Shown piece by piece: positions 39,455-48,163 of a DNA stretch of 64,000 bases; the first letter of the stretch is position 1, and each line of letters opens with the position of its first letter. The DNA lies in the IMG/VR virus record IMGVR_UViG_3300031718_000109, positions 771-64,770 of that record. One strand, 5' to 3'. The notes below the pieces were generated by a model. It did no database searches and was not told the origin of the DNA. It saw nothing but the letters and a program-made list of their open reading frames with translations. The DNA comes from a virus (taxonomy: Duplodnaviria; Caudoviricetes). A program made the translations under genes and the position numbers.

Positions 39455-39587
39455 TCCAGACCATCGTCAGCTCAATCGTCGCCCTCGGCATCGGGTTCTG
39501 CGCAGGCGCCGTGTACTGCGCTCACATGGAACTGCGCCGTGACCTCGCCCACGCCGAGAAATGGGACCGCGAACACCAGGAGCAGCC

Positions 39588-39902
39588 GTGACATTCCTCC
39601 TTGCCGCAGGCTTCTGGATCGGCACCCTCGCCTGCCTCCCCCCAACCTGGCGTGTAGTCCGGCGCCGTAGCGCAGTCGACTACTCGTGGATCGGGCTCGC
39701 CATGTCGCTGACCGCGATGACGTGCGTGATCACCGCGCTCATCGGAACCGGCCAGTGGCTGTCCGTCGCCGCGCAAGTCGTGTGCTACCTCGCGGCCCTG
39801 GCCATCGCCATCGTGAAATGGCGCACAGAGCTACGCGGCGTCCGTCTGGCGCAGGCCGCGTGCCCGTGCGGCTACAAACACCCCGTGGAGAGTGTCCAGT
39901 GA
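39588..39902 (+). CDS. PQ-loop/SemiSWEET-like membrane protein
   Basis: Three TM helices; LPPTWRVVRRRSAVDYS resembles LPQxxKxxRxKSxxDxS. Confidence 0.55.
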   Translation: MTFLLAAGFWIGTLACLPPTWRVVRRRSAVDYSWIGLAMSLTAMTCVITALIGTGQWLSVAAQVVCYLAALAIAIVKWRTELRGVRLAQAACPCGYKHPVESVQ

Positions 39903-40001
39903 GCCTGTGGCTGCGGGTCGTACCCGAGTTCTGCACCGTCGTCGGCCCCTACATCATCGCCTACGGCATCAGCCTGACCCGCCAACCCGGCGGAGACGCT
40001 G

Positions 40002-40244
40002 ATGACTAAGCAGCCCAGCCGTCGTACACGCCGCCGCCGTTACGCGGTCCTTGGTGTCCTTGCCGGGCACCAGCCGATGCCGGTAGCCGACATCTGCGGA
40101 CTCATCGGGTGCTGGGGCAGCGTCCGGCGCGACCTCGAAGTATTCGAAGCGCAGGGCTTCGTGGTCTCCTACCGCACCGACACGCGGTACGGGCCACGCC
40201 GATACTACCGGCTCGCAGACCAACCCGAAGGAGGAGACCAATGA
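40002..40244 (+). CDS. Winged-HTH protein
   Basis: VRRDLEVFEAQGFVVS...PRRYYRL. Confidence 0.6.
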   Translation: MTKQPSRRTRRRRYAVLGVLAGHQPMPVADICGLIGCWGSVRRDLEVFEAQGFVVSYRTDTRYGPRRYYRLADQPEGGDQ

Positions 40245-40615
40245 CCCCGCCTCTGCCCCTGGATCCCTTTAAGCGCGAGCAGATCCGCCGGGCCATCAAC
40301 CAGGCAGCCGTCAGCCGCGAAGACCTCGTCAACAACACCTCAGTAGACGCCTGGATCCTCGCCTGCTGGGACCTGCTGGACGAGGTAGACCGGCTGTGCC
40401 CTGCCGATGTTGAGCCGAAGCCGGACCTGGAGGAGCGGGACTGGGAAATCATCCGGCTCATGGCAAACGGCTTGTTCCGCTACCAAATCGCTCTCAAGGT
40501 CGGCCTGAAGGGTGATGCGTTTTCCCGGCGCTGCGGCGTCATCTACGCCCGTACCGGCACTAGGACGCCCCCTCAGCTGGCGGCTAAGGCGGTGCGTAAC
40601 CGGTGGATCCCGTAA
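40241..40615 (+). CDS. LuxR-type HTH regulator
   Basis: LEERDWEIIRLMANG....IA..VG......IYARTG......LAAKA. Confidence 0.7.
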   Translation: MTPPLPLDPFKREQIRRAINQAAVSREDLVNNTSVDAWILACWDLLDEVDRLCPADVEPKPDLEERDWEIIRLMANGLFRYQIALKVGLKGDAFSRRCGVIYARTGTRTPPQLAAKAVRNRWIP

Positions 40616-40639
40616 CCGACAAGTTCTAAGGAGACTGAC

Positions 40640-40861
40640 ATGGCCTCAGGGCCGCAGCACTACCGTGAAGCGCAGGAAATCGCGCAGAACGTTTCAGATG
40701 AGATCTATGACGGGGACGAGCCGGACCGGTGGATGGAGCGGCTTGCGCTAGCGCAGATCCACGCCACCCTCGCCCTGGCCGCTGCCGCCGCTGTGCACCC
40801 CAACGGTGAGTTCCTGGGCGCATGGCTCACGGTATTCAAGGAGGAGGGCACCGGTGTCTGA
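40640..40861 (+). CDS. Hypothetical protein
   Basis: AAGGAG RBS; HYREA..AQIHATLALAAA. Confidence 0.65.
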   Translation: MASGPQHYREAQEIAQNVSDEIYDGDEPDRWMERLALAQIHATLALAAAAAVHPNGEFLGAWLTVFKEEGTGV

Positions 40862-41153
40862 CCGCAAGCTCACCGTGGAGGAGTGGGCGGCTACCGTGGC
40901 GTTCGTTCTCGCTGAGCACCCTGAGTGGATGGCCGCGACCGTCAATGCGGTGCAGAAGGGCGTCTTGGTGGCACAGGAGCGGCAGCTGGACCGGATCAGT
41001 GATCTCAGTTTGGGGTTGCATGAGGCGTTGCGTACGGAGCGGCGCGCTAAGACCCGCAGGCGGGATGTGATCGTTAAGGGGATCAAGGCGAGCAACATTC
41101 ACCCTACCGTGTGGTCTAAGGAAGCTATTGAGAAGGAGGGCGGGGATGTCTAG
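40854..41153 (+). CDS. Hypothetical protein
   Basis: GGAGG RBS; overlap-coupled. Confidence 0.55.
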   Translation: MSDRKLTVEEWAATVAFVLAEHPEWMAATVNAVQKGVLVAQERQLDRISDLSLGLHEALRTERRAKTRRRDVIVKGIKASNIHPTVWSKEAIEKEGGDV

Positions 41154-41385
41154 GGTGCGGGTGTGTTGGCGGGGGAAGGTGCGTGCGGTGGGGCAGTCGC
41201 CGTTCCATGCCGCTCCGGTGATTGCGTTGACGGTGGAGGTGATCCTGCACACGGTGAATCCGGTGGATCAGTTGGGGCGTCTGGTGCAGGTGGAGTTGAC
41301 TCCGGCGCGTGCGCGGGCGTTGGGTGACCGGTTGCATGCGTTGGCGGCGCGGGCTGAGGTGGGGCAGTCGAAGGAATTGGGGTAG
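41146..41385 (+). CDS. Hypothetical protein
   Basis: GGAGG RBS; overlap-coupled. Confidence 0.5.
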   Translation: MSRVRVCWRGKVRAVGQSPFHAAPVIALTVEVILHTVNPVDQLGRLVQVELTPARARALGDRLHALAARAEVGQSKELG

Positions 41386-41390
41386 GGGGG

Positions 41391-41423
41391 TTACTTCTCC
41401 TAGGATCCTATGCTACATTGCTC
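41391..41423 (+). promoter_or_regulatory. Repeated phage promoter motif
   Basis: TTACTT-17-TACATT with TGC extension and GCTC. Confidence 0.65.
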
Positions 41424-41461
41424 TTAAGCCCGAAGCCCGGGCCCACCGAAAGGAGCAAACC

Positions 41462-41677
41462 GTGACCACGACCGTAGCCGCCCAGCAGCTCCCCAAGCTC
41501 AGCACCACCGATCTGATCGCCCAGTACGACCTCGCGATGAGCGCCCGCACCCGGGTCATCTCCGCTGACGGCAACGACATCAGCCGCACCCAGAAGCGCA
41601 TCAACCGCATCGTGGACATCCTCTCCGCCCGCGCTGACGCAGACGACGCCGAGGCACTCGCCTGGTACGCGAACTGA
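41462..41677 (+). CDS. Hypothetical protein
   Basis: AAGGAG RBS; GTG start. Confidence 0.6.
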   Translation: MTTTVAAQQLPKLSTTDLIAQYDLAMSARTRVISADGNDISRTQKRINRIVDILSARADADDAEALAWYAN

Positions 41678-41695
41678 TCGGAGAGGATGAGGATC

Positions 41696-41899
41696 ATGAA
41701 CTACTCCATTTTCGACACGTACGCCGTGCACTACCGCTGGGATGGCGTCAGCGAGCCTCAGCAATTCATGGGCGGCATCCGCGAGCTCGACACAGCGGTG
41801 ACCATCGCGGAGTCGCTGTACCAGCACTTCGGCTCCGATCTGAAGGATACGTGGGTTCAGCAGGGCGACGCCCATATTGCCGTCACCAACCAGCGGTAA
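41696..41899 (+). CDS. Hypothetical protein
   Basis: GAGGA RBS. Confidence 0.55.
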   Translation: MNYSIFDTYAVHYRWDGVSEPQQFMGGIRELDTAVTIAESLYQHFGSDLKDTWVQQGDAHIAVTNQR

Positions 41900-41911
41900 G
41901 GGGAATCAATC

Positions 41912-42124
41912 ATGGGTGCACTGCGGATCAAGAACGTCGTGAAGCTGAACAGCGCCGGTCGGGAAGAGCTGGAAGACGCTGAGCTGTGGACGTACTTCCA
42001 CGAGAACAGCGGAAGGCTGCATCTGTCCCTCACTACGCGCAACGGCGCCGGGCGCGCCACCTCTGTGGAGTTGTCCCCGGAGCAGGTGGCCAAACTGAAG
42101 GAGTACCTGGACGATCGCCGCTAG
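41912..42124 (+). CDS. Hypothetical protein
   Basis: AGGGG RBS. Confidence 0.55.
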   Translation: MGALRIKNVVKLNSAGREELEDAELWTYFHENSGRLHLSLTTRNGAGRATSVELSPEQVAKLKEYLDDRR

Positions 42125-42148
42125 GTTCGATTGCATAGCTCCGGGGGG

Positions 42149-42181
42149 TTACCATCTTCCCGGAGCTATGCTACATTGCTC
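42149..42181 (+). promoter_or_regulatory. Repeated phage promoter motif
   Basis: TTACCA-17-TACATT with TGC extension and GCTC. Confidence 0.65.
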
Positions 42182-42217
42182 TTAGAGCGAAAGACGCTCA
42201 CCCGGAAGGAGCAAACC

Positions 42218-42415
42218 ATGGCCAGCATCAAGTGCGGCTGCTGCGGCGAGACCCACACCAGCGTCCAGGAAGTCAAGGACTGCTACACCGACGTTCGCAT
42301 CCAGCTGGAAGAGGCCCGCTCCGAGGCGGCAGCCGAGCGCGCCAACGACCACGCCATGACGTTCGGTTCCGCCTACGCGCAGATGGCCAGCTACCAGGAC
42401 TACATCAACAACTGA
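42218..42415 (+). CDS. Small Zn-binding protein, paralog of the 3141-3560 N-terminus
   Basis: MASIKCGCCGETHTSVQEVKDC. Confidence 0.65.
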   Translation: MASIKCGCCGETHTSVQEVKDCYTDVRIQLEEARSEAAAERANDHAMTFGSAYAQMASYQDYINN

Positions 42416-42426
42416 CACAGCACGGA

Positions 42427-42460
42427 GACAGGGCCCCGGGGGGCAACCCGGGGCCCTGTC
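42427..42460. terminator. Hairpin between convergent transcription units
   Basis: gacagggccccggg-gggcaa-cccggggccctgtc. Confidence 0.7.
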
Positions 42461-42645
42461 CTATGCCCCGGGCTTCAGTAGGCCCGTGCAGGCGTCCTCA
42501 TGCCGTTTGCGGCTGTTGACCGCTGGCGCCCAGCGTTCCGGGGTGTTCACCGTCCACGCCTTGGCGCAGCACTTGTGGCATACCAGCACCCACGGGTACC
42601 GCACCGGCCGCAGCTGCGTCTCATCGTAGGTGTCCGTCATCACGC

Positions 42646-43101
42646 TCATGCCAGCTCCGGCCCGTCCTTGAAGATCACGTATTCGGTGGACCACTGACCC
42701 TCAGGCCAGTACTCCACCCGTTTCAGCTGCCCGCCATCGTGATACTCCACGCTACGGACCCTGGGGCAGGCGCGGGTGTGGATGCCGTGGCAGTTAGGAC
42801 ACACCTCGTCCTTCTCAAAGTACTCCAGCACCACAGCCCGCTGCTCCGGCCCCAGCCGTGCATCCTCCGGCGGCGCCATAGCCTCCAAGGCCTGATGATA
42901 TGCGAGCGCGTCCGCACCAGCCGGGAGGGTACCGCGCTCATACGCCTCAATCCGGGCCGCAGACACCCCCAACAGCTCCCCAAGCCGCGCCCGGGTAATA
43001 CCGGCCGCCTCCCGCACGCTACGCCGCTCAGGGCCGCTTACAGCCGTCAACGCGTGATAAGCCGCCGCCCACGCCGCCAACTCCTTCACGCCGGGATCCA
43101 C
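42646..43101 (-). CDS. XRE-family HTH protein with C-terminal Zn-binding motif
   Basis: REAAGITRARLGELLGVSAARIEAYERG; CPNCHGIH..C. Confidence 0.65.
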   Translation of the reverse strand: MDPGVKELAAWAAAYHALTAVSGPERRSVREAAGITRARLGELLGVSAARIEAYERGTLPAGADALAYHQALEAMAPPEDARLGPEQRAVVLEYFEKDEVCPNCHGIHTRACPRVRSVEYHDGGQLKRVEYWPEGQWSTEYVIFKDGPELA

Positions 43102-43415
43102 ACACCCTCCCTCACAAACCCATGCGTCCCGCAACACGGCCACAGCAGGGACGGGGTCATATCCAACGGCTCCCGGGAGACCAGCTGATGATCCCGCGTG
43201 GACTGCGCCATCCACCGGCCGTCCCGGTCCGTAGCCTTCATCACCGGACACCAATGCCAAAACCACGGGTTAGGGTCCTCCGGATGCGCCGTGAACCCCG
43301 CGCCAGGCCAACCGTAAGCGATGTCCGCGTTCAGCTCTACCGGGGCGATCTCCCACCAGTCACACCACTGCGACGGCGGAGTGTCATGATCCTCAACGGT
43401 CACGCTGACCTCCAC
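43086..43415 (-). CDS. Hypothetical Cys/His protein (DUF6527-like)
   Basis: TPSLL..CC..HGFVREG.W. Confidence 0.45.
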   Translation of the reverse strand: MEVSVTVEDHDTPPSQWCDWWEIAPVELNADIAYGWPGAGFTAHPEDPNPWFWHWCPVMKATDRDGRWMAQSTRDHQLVSREPLDMTPSLLWPCCGTHGFVREGVWIPA

Positions 43416-43458
43416 CGCCCGCCCTCAATCCATCCGGGATCTCTTCCACCACGGCCTC

Positions 43459-45552
43459 CTAGTCCAGCACCCAGGCGTTCGTAGAAGGCGTGACCGTGCA
43501 GTCCACTTCAATCCACCCGCCCGGCGGCACCCGGAACGTCGACAGCGGCAACGCCGCAGCAGACTGCGAGTACACCGTAGTCATAGAAGGCGCGGACACC
43601 CCACCCATGTACGTGCCGATCTTCACCGCCGTCACCGTGCCGCCCGCGAGCGTCACGTTAGCCCACCGCCAATGCGGATTCGCCACCGCCGTCGTACCGG
43701 CAGGGATCACCGTCGCCGTCACCGGCCCGGGGCGCTGCTGCCCGTCAATCACCTCAAGCCCGGTGGTCGGGATAGAGATGCTGGCCGCCGTGTACAGGCC
43801 GGTCAGCTTGATCCGGCCCAGAGAGAACTGCACACCACCGTTCCCGTCATCCCGGCACGTAGGCGCCGGAGACTCCGTGTCCATCTGCACAATGTCCACG
43901 AACGGCCCGATACCCGAAGCGCCCTGGCCGAACACGTACCAGTTGTACACGCAGCCTTCCACGGAGACCTGATCCCCGTAGATCGCGTGCCCGGCGCCGA
44001 CCGAGTTGAAGTAGTAGCCCACCAGGCCCAGTGCAGACCAGGAGTACAGCAGCCGCACGTTGCGCATCACCGTGTGCTCCGTGGCCAGGAAAGCCCACGT
44101 GTACCCACCCCAGACACTGAGGTTCTGCACGTCACACAGATCATTGTTGCCGTTAGCGGGCATCAAAATACCCTTAGACGCACCACCGGAGAACCCAGCC
44201 GGGGAGTTGAAGTCATTAGCCGCGTACGTCCCGGTCACCGTCACCGTCACATCCCGCACCACAGCCTGCGACAGGCCGCTAAAGTCCGCGCCGCAGTAGT
44301 TCCACCCCGACGCCGACAGGGGGGTAGCGATCGTCACACCCCGCAAGGAGAAACACATGTTCGAAAACACCAGGTTGCTGTCACCGTAGTGGTTCGGCTG
44401 CGTCGGCCCGCCAATCACACACGGATTCCCAGCCGCCGAAATCGAGGAGGCCTGCGCCGACTGGGAGGCGAACACCCCACCCGACACCAGAGTCATCCCG
44501 GCGTTCTGGAACGTCAGCTGCTGCCAATGCGCACCAACCCCGGCCCCAGCCGGGTCCAGGCACTCCAACCCGGCGTACACCTTGTTCACCGTGGTAGCCG
44601 GGATAGGTAGCGTCAGCTGCGCGTTGCCCAACGTAGACCCGCCGGTGACAAGCGGACCGAAGACGCCGTACATCCCCGGCGGCCCCACTGCCACACCCCG
44701 GCCGGATGAGCCTGCTTCCGCATACGCCACCGCAGCATTCAGCGCCGACTGGATCGCTGCGGTGTCATCCGTAGCCCAAAACACCAGCGTTGAGCTCACC
44801 GTGGTGGACGCGGCTGCCGCCAGCGTCACATGCCCGGAGTCCGTGAACCCGGTGATCGTCGTCACCAGAGCGCTGACGCCGGACGGCCCGGCGTTCCTAA
44901 CGATCACGTGCTTGCCTACGTCCGCCAGCTTGAACGGCGTAGAGGTCGTGCACGCCAACACCGTGGGGTTCGTCACGGAACTCATCGCGCCGTCATGCAC
45001 CACCTGGCCGTCACCCTTAGCACCGTAATTCCCCACCGGGAACTGGTACGCCGGAGTGGAGGACACGGTCTGCCAGGTGCCGTCACCAGCCAGAAACCTG
45101 CTCTCACCGCCGGGCGGCGCCTGGATGGCGGTGCCTTGGATCTTGGTCACCAACGGCACCGTGGAAGTGCCGCCGATGTCACCGCCGAGCTGAACGAATG
45201 AGGCGCTGGTAGGCGCAGGCGTCACCGGGGACAGCTGCGCCAGATCAACCGTAGCGCCGTAGGAGGACGGGATGTTGACGATGTACGTCACCGGACTGGT
45301 GTCGTTAATGTGCTCCGTGATCTGCCACGCCCACCCGGTAGGCAGCAGCCCGGCGTTGTCCGTAGTCACCAAACCCGGCAGGCTGATAGCCCCCACTTGC
45401 AGCTGCACCGTGATAGGCGTCTGCGGGATGATCGTATGCCCGGTGGCGTTCACGATCCGGGCGGTGGGTGTGAACGCCACCCAGCCGGTAGCCAGACCGG
45501 TACCAGCACCAGGAGGGTAGGAGCCGGTCACGGTAATCGTCGTCAGGCTCAC
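43459..45552 (-). CDS. Second beta-helix (pectate-lyase-like) fibre/spike protein
   Basis: Actinophage fibre-type N-terminus; YGAKGDG...DDTAAIQSALNA. Confidence 0.75.
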   Translation of the reverse strand: MSLTTITVTGSYPPGAGTGLATGWVAFTPTARIVNATGHTIIPQTPITVQLQVGAISLPGLVTTDNAGLLPTGWAWQITEHINDTSPVTYIVNIPSSYGATVDLAQLSPVTPAPTSASFVQLGGDIGGTSTVPLVTKIQGTAIQAPPGGESRFLAGDGTWQTVSSTPAYQFPVGNYGAKGDGQVVHDGAMSSVTNPTVLACTTSTPFKLADVGKHVIVRNAGPSGVSALVTTITGFTDSGHVTLAAAASTTVSSTLVFWATDDTAAIQSALNAAVAYAEAGSSGRGVAVGPPGMYGVFGPLVTGGSTLGNAQLTLPIPATTVNKVYAGLECLDPAGAGVGAHWQQLTFQNAGMTLVSGGVFASQSAQASSISAAGNPCVIGGPTQPNHYGDSNLVFSNMCFSLRGVTIATPLSASGWNYCGADFSGLSQAVVRDVTVTVTGTYAANDFNSPAGFSGGASKGILMPANGNNDLCDVQNLSVWGGYTWAFLATEHTVMRNVRLLYSWSALGLVGYYFNSVGAGHAIYGDQVSVEGCVYNWYVFGQGASGIGPFVDIVQMDTESPAPTCRDDGNGGVQFSLGRIKLTGLYTAASISIPTTGLEVIDGQQRPGPVTATVIPAGTTAVANPHWRWANVTLAGGTVTAVKIGTYMGGVSAPSMTTVYSQSAAALPLSTFRVPPGGWIEVDCTVTPSTNAWVLD

Positions 45553-45976
45553 GCCGCCTCCTCCATACAAAAAGGTGGGTGTGCCCGTCCCCGGTAACAC
45601 ACCCACCAAGATCAGACTAGCGGCGCTTCCCGTACACGGGATAGATCAACCGTGCCGGGCAACACAGATTAAACGGCTGAGGCACCTCACACCCACGCTC
45701 AACGAGCGGGTTGTGCTGCAACCAGTCCGCCAACTCACCCACCGTGGTCTCCTGCATACGGGAACCATCCGGCAGCAGTTCCCCAGCCTCAGGCTCGAAC
45801 ATCACCGGCTGCCCTCCACAAGAGCCCGCAGATCAGACTCCAGCAACTCATGATAAAACCCGTCCGCACCCGGCCTACCCAGCAGGCCCGCCGGTTGCAA
45901 CGGCGTGCGCGGCCCCTTAAACGCATTACAGACCGCCAGCGCATCCAAGAACCGGGCCACCCGGTCCACCGGACCC

Positions 45977-46345
45977 TCACCCTGATACACGTCCACCAGA
46001 CACCTCAATCCCCATCGCCTTAGCGACCGCCCGCACCGTAGGGCACGGGTAAGCGCTGTGCTCATGCGAACCAGGCCAGCACGCCGAGCAGTACACCGGC
46101 ATATGCCGGAACGGCCGGTGCAGCTCCAAGACCGCCAGCAGCGCCTTATCCACATCAACACCCAGCCGGGCTAGCGCGTTGCCGTTGACCGTACCGTCCG
46201 GCAGGACCAGCGGCTCCGGGCCTTCATGCCCGCAGTCCACGCAGTACCACGGCTCATCCTCACTGTGCGGCCCCAAACAGTGGTGGTCCACGCTGTCATC
46301 CGACTGGGGATTCCGGCACGAGTGCACGCTCCACCGCCTCCTCAC
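45977..46345 (-). CDS. Hypothetical Cys-rich protein
   Basis: CxxC motifs; VLELHRP...YPCPTV. Confidence 0.5.
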   Translation of the reverse strand: MRRRWSVHSCRNPQSDDSVDHHCLGPHSEDEPWYCVDCGHEGPEPLVLPDGTVNGNALARLGVDVDKALLAVLELHRPFRHMPVYCSACWPGSHEHSAYPCPTVRAVAKAMGIEVSGGRVSG

Positions 46346-46527
46346 ACACCTTGTGGCACGGCACCTGCTTCACCGGGTGCTTGAGCACAGCCATCTTCCC
46401 GCAGTGCTTACACACCCCGGCGTAGCCCCGGCCAGCCACCACAGCGTGAGACCAGTCCAGGCTGCCCCACGCAGTACGCCCAGGTTCCGTCTGCACGCTC
46501 TTACGCGGGGCCACCGTTACTCCTCTT

Positions 46528-46628
46528 GTGAGCGGCGCCGGATTCGAACCGACCGGCCCGGCGCTGGCAGGCGCCTTCACCGTTGCTGCCACAGCTAGCC
46601 ATACCGCAGCTAGCACACCACCGCCGCC
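46528..46628 (-). ncRNA. Atypical tRNA-like RNA
   Basis: GGCGGC/GCCGCT stem, T-arm GTCGG-TTCGAAT-CCGGC, GGCGC-CTGCCA-GCGCC arm, enlarged D region. Confidence 0.5.
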
Positions 46629-46635
46629 AGCTATC

Positions 46636-46968
46636 CTACTCGTCCCGGCCGTACGCCGCGTCACGAGCACGCCGCAGCAACCGGATCAGCTTGTTCAACT
46701 CATCCCGGTCCAGCCCAGCGGTGTAGTACTCACCCAACGGCTCCGGCGGCCACGCCTGCGCAGCCGCGTACTCCTCCAGGCTCACCGGCGGGTAGCAGGC
46801 AATCGACAGCGACACGCTGCCCGTGAGATCCAGCTCAGTTGAGGTAAGCGTCGACCAGTGAAGGGTCAGACGCGGGCTGGTCGTCATCACCTTCCCGGTG
46901 ACTTCCCCAACCTCGTTCCACGCATTGCTCTCTACAGAACGAGAATGTGCAATCACTTCTTTCGGCAT
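46636..46968 (-). CDS. Hypothetical protein
   Basis: GGAGG RBS; MPKEVI...LIRLLRRARDAAYG. Confidence 0.6.
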   Translation of the reverse strand: MPKEVIAHSRSVESNAWNEVGEVTGKVMTTSPRLTLHWSTLTSTELDLTGSVSLSIACYPPVSLEEYAAAQAWPPEPLGEYYTAGLDRDELNKLIRLLRRARDAAYGRDE

Positions 46969-47037
46969 CGCGCCGTCCTCCATCGCGGAGTAGAAGGCCG
47001 CATCGCGCAGCCCGACTACCCCGGGATGCTACCAGGG

Positions 47038-47108
47038 AAGCGGAGACGGGGTTCGAACCCGTGTGCACAGCTTTGCAGGCTGCTGCCTCACCACTCGGCC
47101 ACTCCGCC
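47038..47108 (-). tRNA. tRNA-Cys(GCA)
   Basis: Cloverleaf; loop CT GCA AA; U73. Confidence 0.92.
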
Positions 47109-47111
47109 GCG

Positions 47112-47193
47112 TACGCCCGGTGGGAGTCGAACCCACACGCCACTAGGGCAACGGCTTTTGAAGCCGTCGCGTCTGCCATTCCGCCACAAGCGC
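47112..47193 (-). tRNA. tRNA-Leu(CAA)
   Basis: Cloverleaf with long variable arm; loop TT CAA AA. Confidence 0.92.
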
Positions 47194-47194
47194 G

Positions 47195-47266
47195 TGGACG
47201 TTGCAGGGATCGAACCTGCGACCTGCGCCGTGTGAAAGCGCTGCTCTCCCGCTGAGCTAAACGTCC
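47195..47266 (-). tRNA. tRNA-Val(CAC)
   Basis: Cloverleaf; loop TT CAC AC. Confidence 0.92.
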
Positions 47267-47269
47267 AAG

Positions 47270-47362
47270 AGCGTGGGGAAGGACTCGAACCTTCCCCACC
47301 CAGGGCTTAGCCGAACCTACCCAAGTAGCGACCCTGGGGGCACTCGGCAGGCTATGACACAC
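47270..47362 (-). ncRNA. tRNA-like structured RNA
   Basis: GGGAAGG-TTCGAGT-CCTTCCC T-arm and CCCAGGG/CCCTGGG stem; no canonical D or anticodon arm. Confidence 0.45.
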
Positions 47363-47400
47363 CTGGATGACCGGTCGATCCTTGCAGACCGGCACACGCG

Positions 47401-47472
47401 TCGGGACGACAGGATTCGAACCTGCGTGGTCCTGCTCCCAAAGCAGGTGGGCAACCTCTACCCCACATCCCG
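47401..47472 (-). tRNA. tRNA-Pro(TGG)
   Basis: Cloverleaf; loop TT TGG GA; atypical D arm. Confidence 0.88.
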
Positions 47473-47594
47473 AAACTGCTGGGCCCGCTACTACGGGTAC
47501 AGGGATCTTGCCCGGGTACTTGCCCACCGCGCAGGCGTGTTCACCGAGTTGGCCTCCCTGCCCGCCGGGTAAGGGTTCCGGCGGCCACCAGCCG

Positions 47595-47667
47595 TGGAGA
47601 CTACAGGCTTCGAACCTGCGACCTTCTGGGTGCAAACCAGATGCTCTACCAACTGAGCTAAGTCCCC
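47595..47667 (-). tRNA. tRNA-Ala(TGC)
   Basis: Cloverleaf; G3:U70; loop TT TGC AC. Confidence 0.92.
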
Positions 47668-47769
47668 TACACACCGGTCACGGCGGACACCGGCAAGACC
47701 CCCGGGGAAAATCGACGTTCCCCGGGAACAGGCCCCTGCGGTTTCGAGGACCGCAGCAACCCACCACCG

Positions 47770-47843
47770 TCGGGATAGCAGGACTCGAACCTGCGACCTC
47801 CTGGCCCCCAGCCAGGCGCGCTACCAGACTGCGCCATATCCCG
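47770..47843 (-). tRNA. tRNA-Pro(GGG)
   Basis: Cloverleaf; loop CT GGG GG. Confidence 0.92.
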
Positions 47844-47933
47844 GTGCTGGCTGCTTTGAGGGGGGTACCAATTCCTCTCCGCTTTCTCCTGTACGCGCGT
47901 ACCCGCCAGGGATTGGCCCACCAGCGGACCGCG

Positions 47934-48007
47934 TGGCCAGGGACGGGATCGAACCGCCGACCTACCGCTTTTCAGGCGGTCGCTCGTACCAACTGAGCTA
48001 CCTGGCC
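47934..48007 (-). tRNA. tRNA-Phe(GAA)
   Basis: Cloverleaf; loop CT GAA AA. Confidence 0.93.
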
Positions 48008-48011
48008 AAGC

Positions 48012-48086
48012 GTCACCGTCTCTGTTTCATGACGAACATTCCTGCGCCGCGCACCCGGATCTCCCGGGCAACCATACGACGGTGAC
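48012..48086 (-). ncRNA. Spacer RNA family, copy 1
   Basis: 9-bp terminal stem; CCCGG-GAGAT-CCGGG; CATGAAACAG. Confidence 0.5.
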
Positions 48087-48089
48087 ACG

Positions 48090-48163
48090 CTCCCCCACCT
48101 GGACTCGAACCAGGGACACCTCGGTTAACGGCCGAGTGCTCGTGCCAACTGAGCTACAGGGGA
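48090..48163 (-). tRNA. tRNA-Asn(GTT)
   Basis: Cloverleaf; loop CC GTT AA (C33). Confidence 0.9.
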
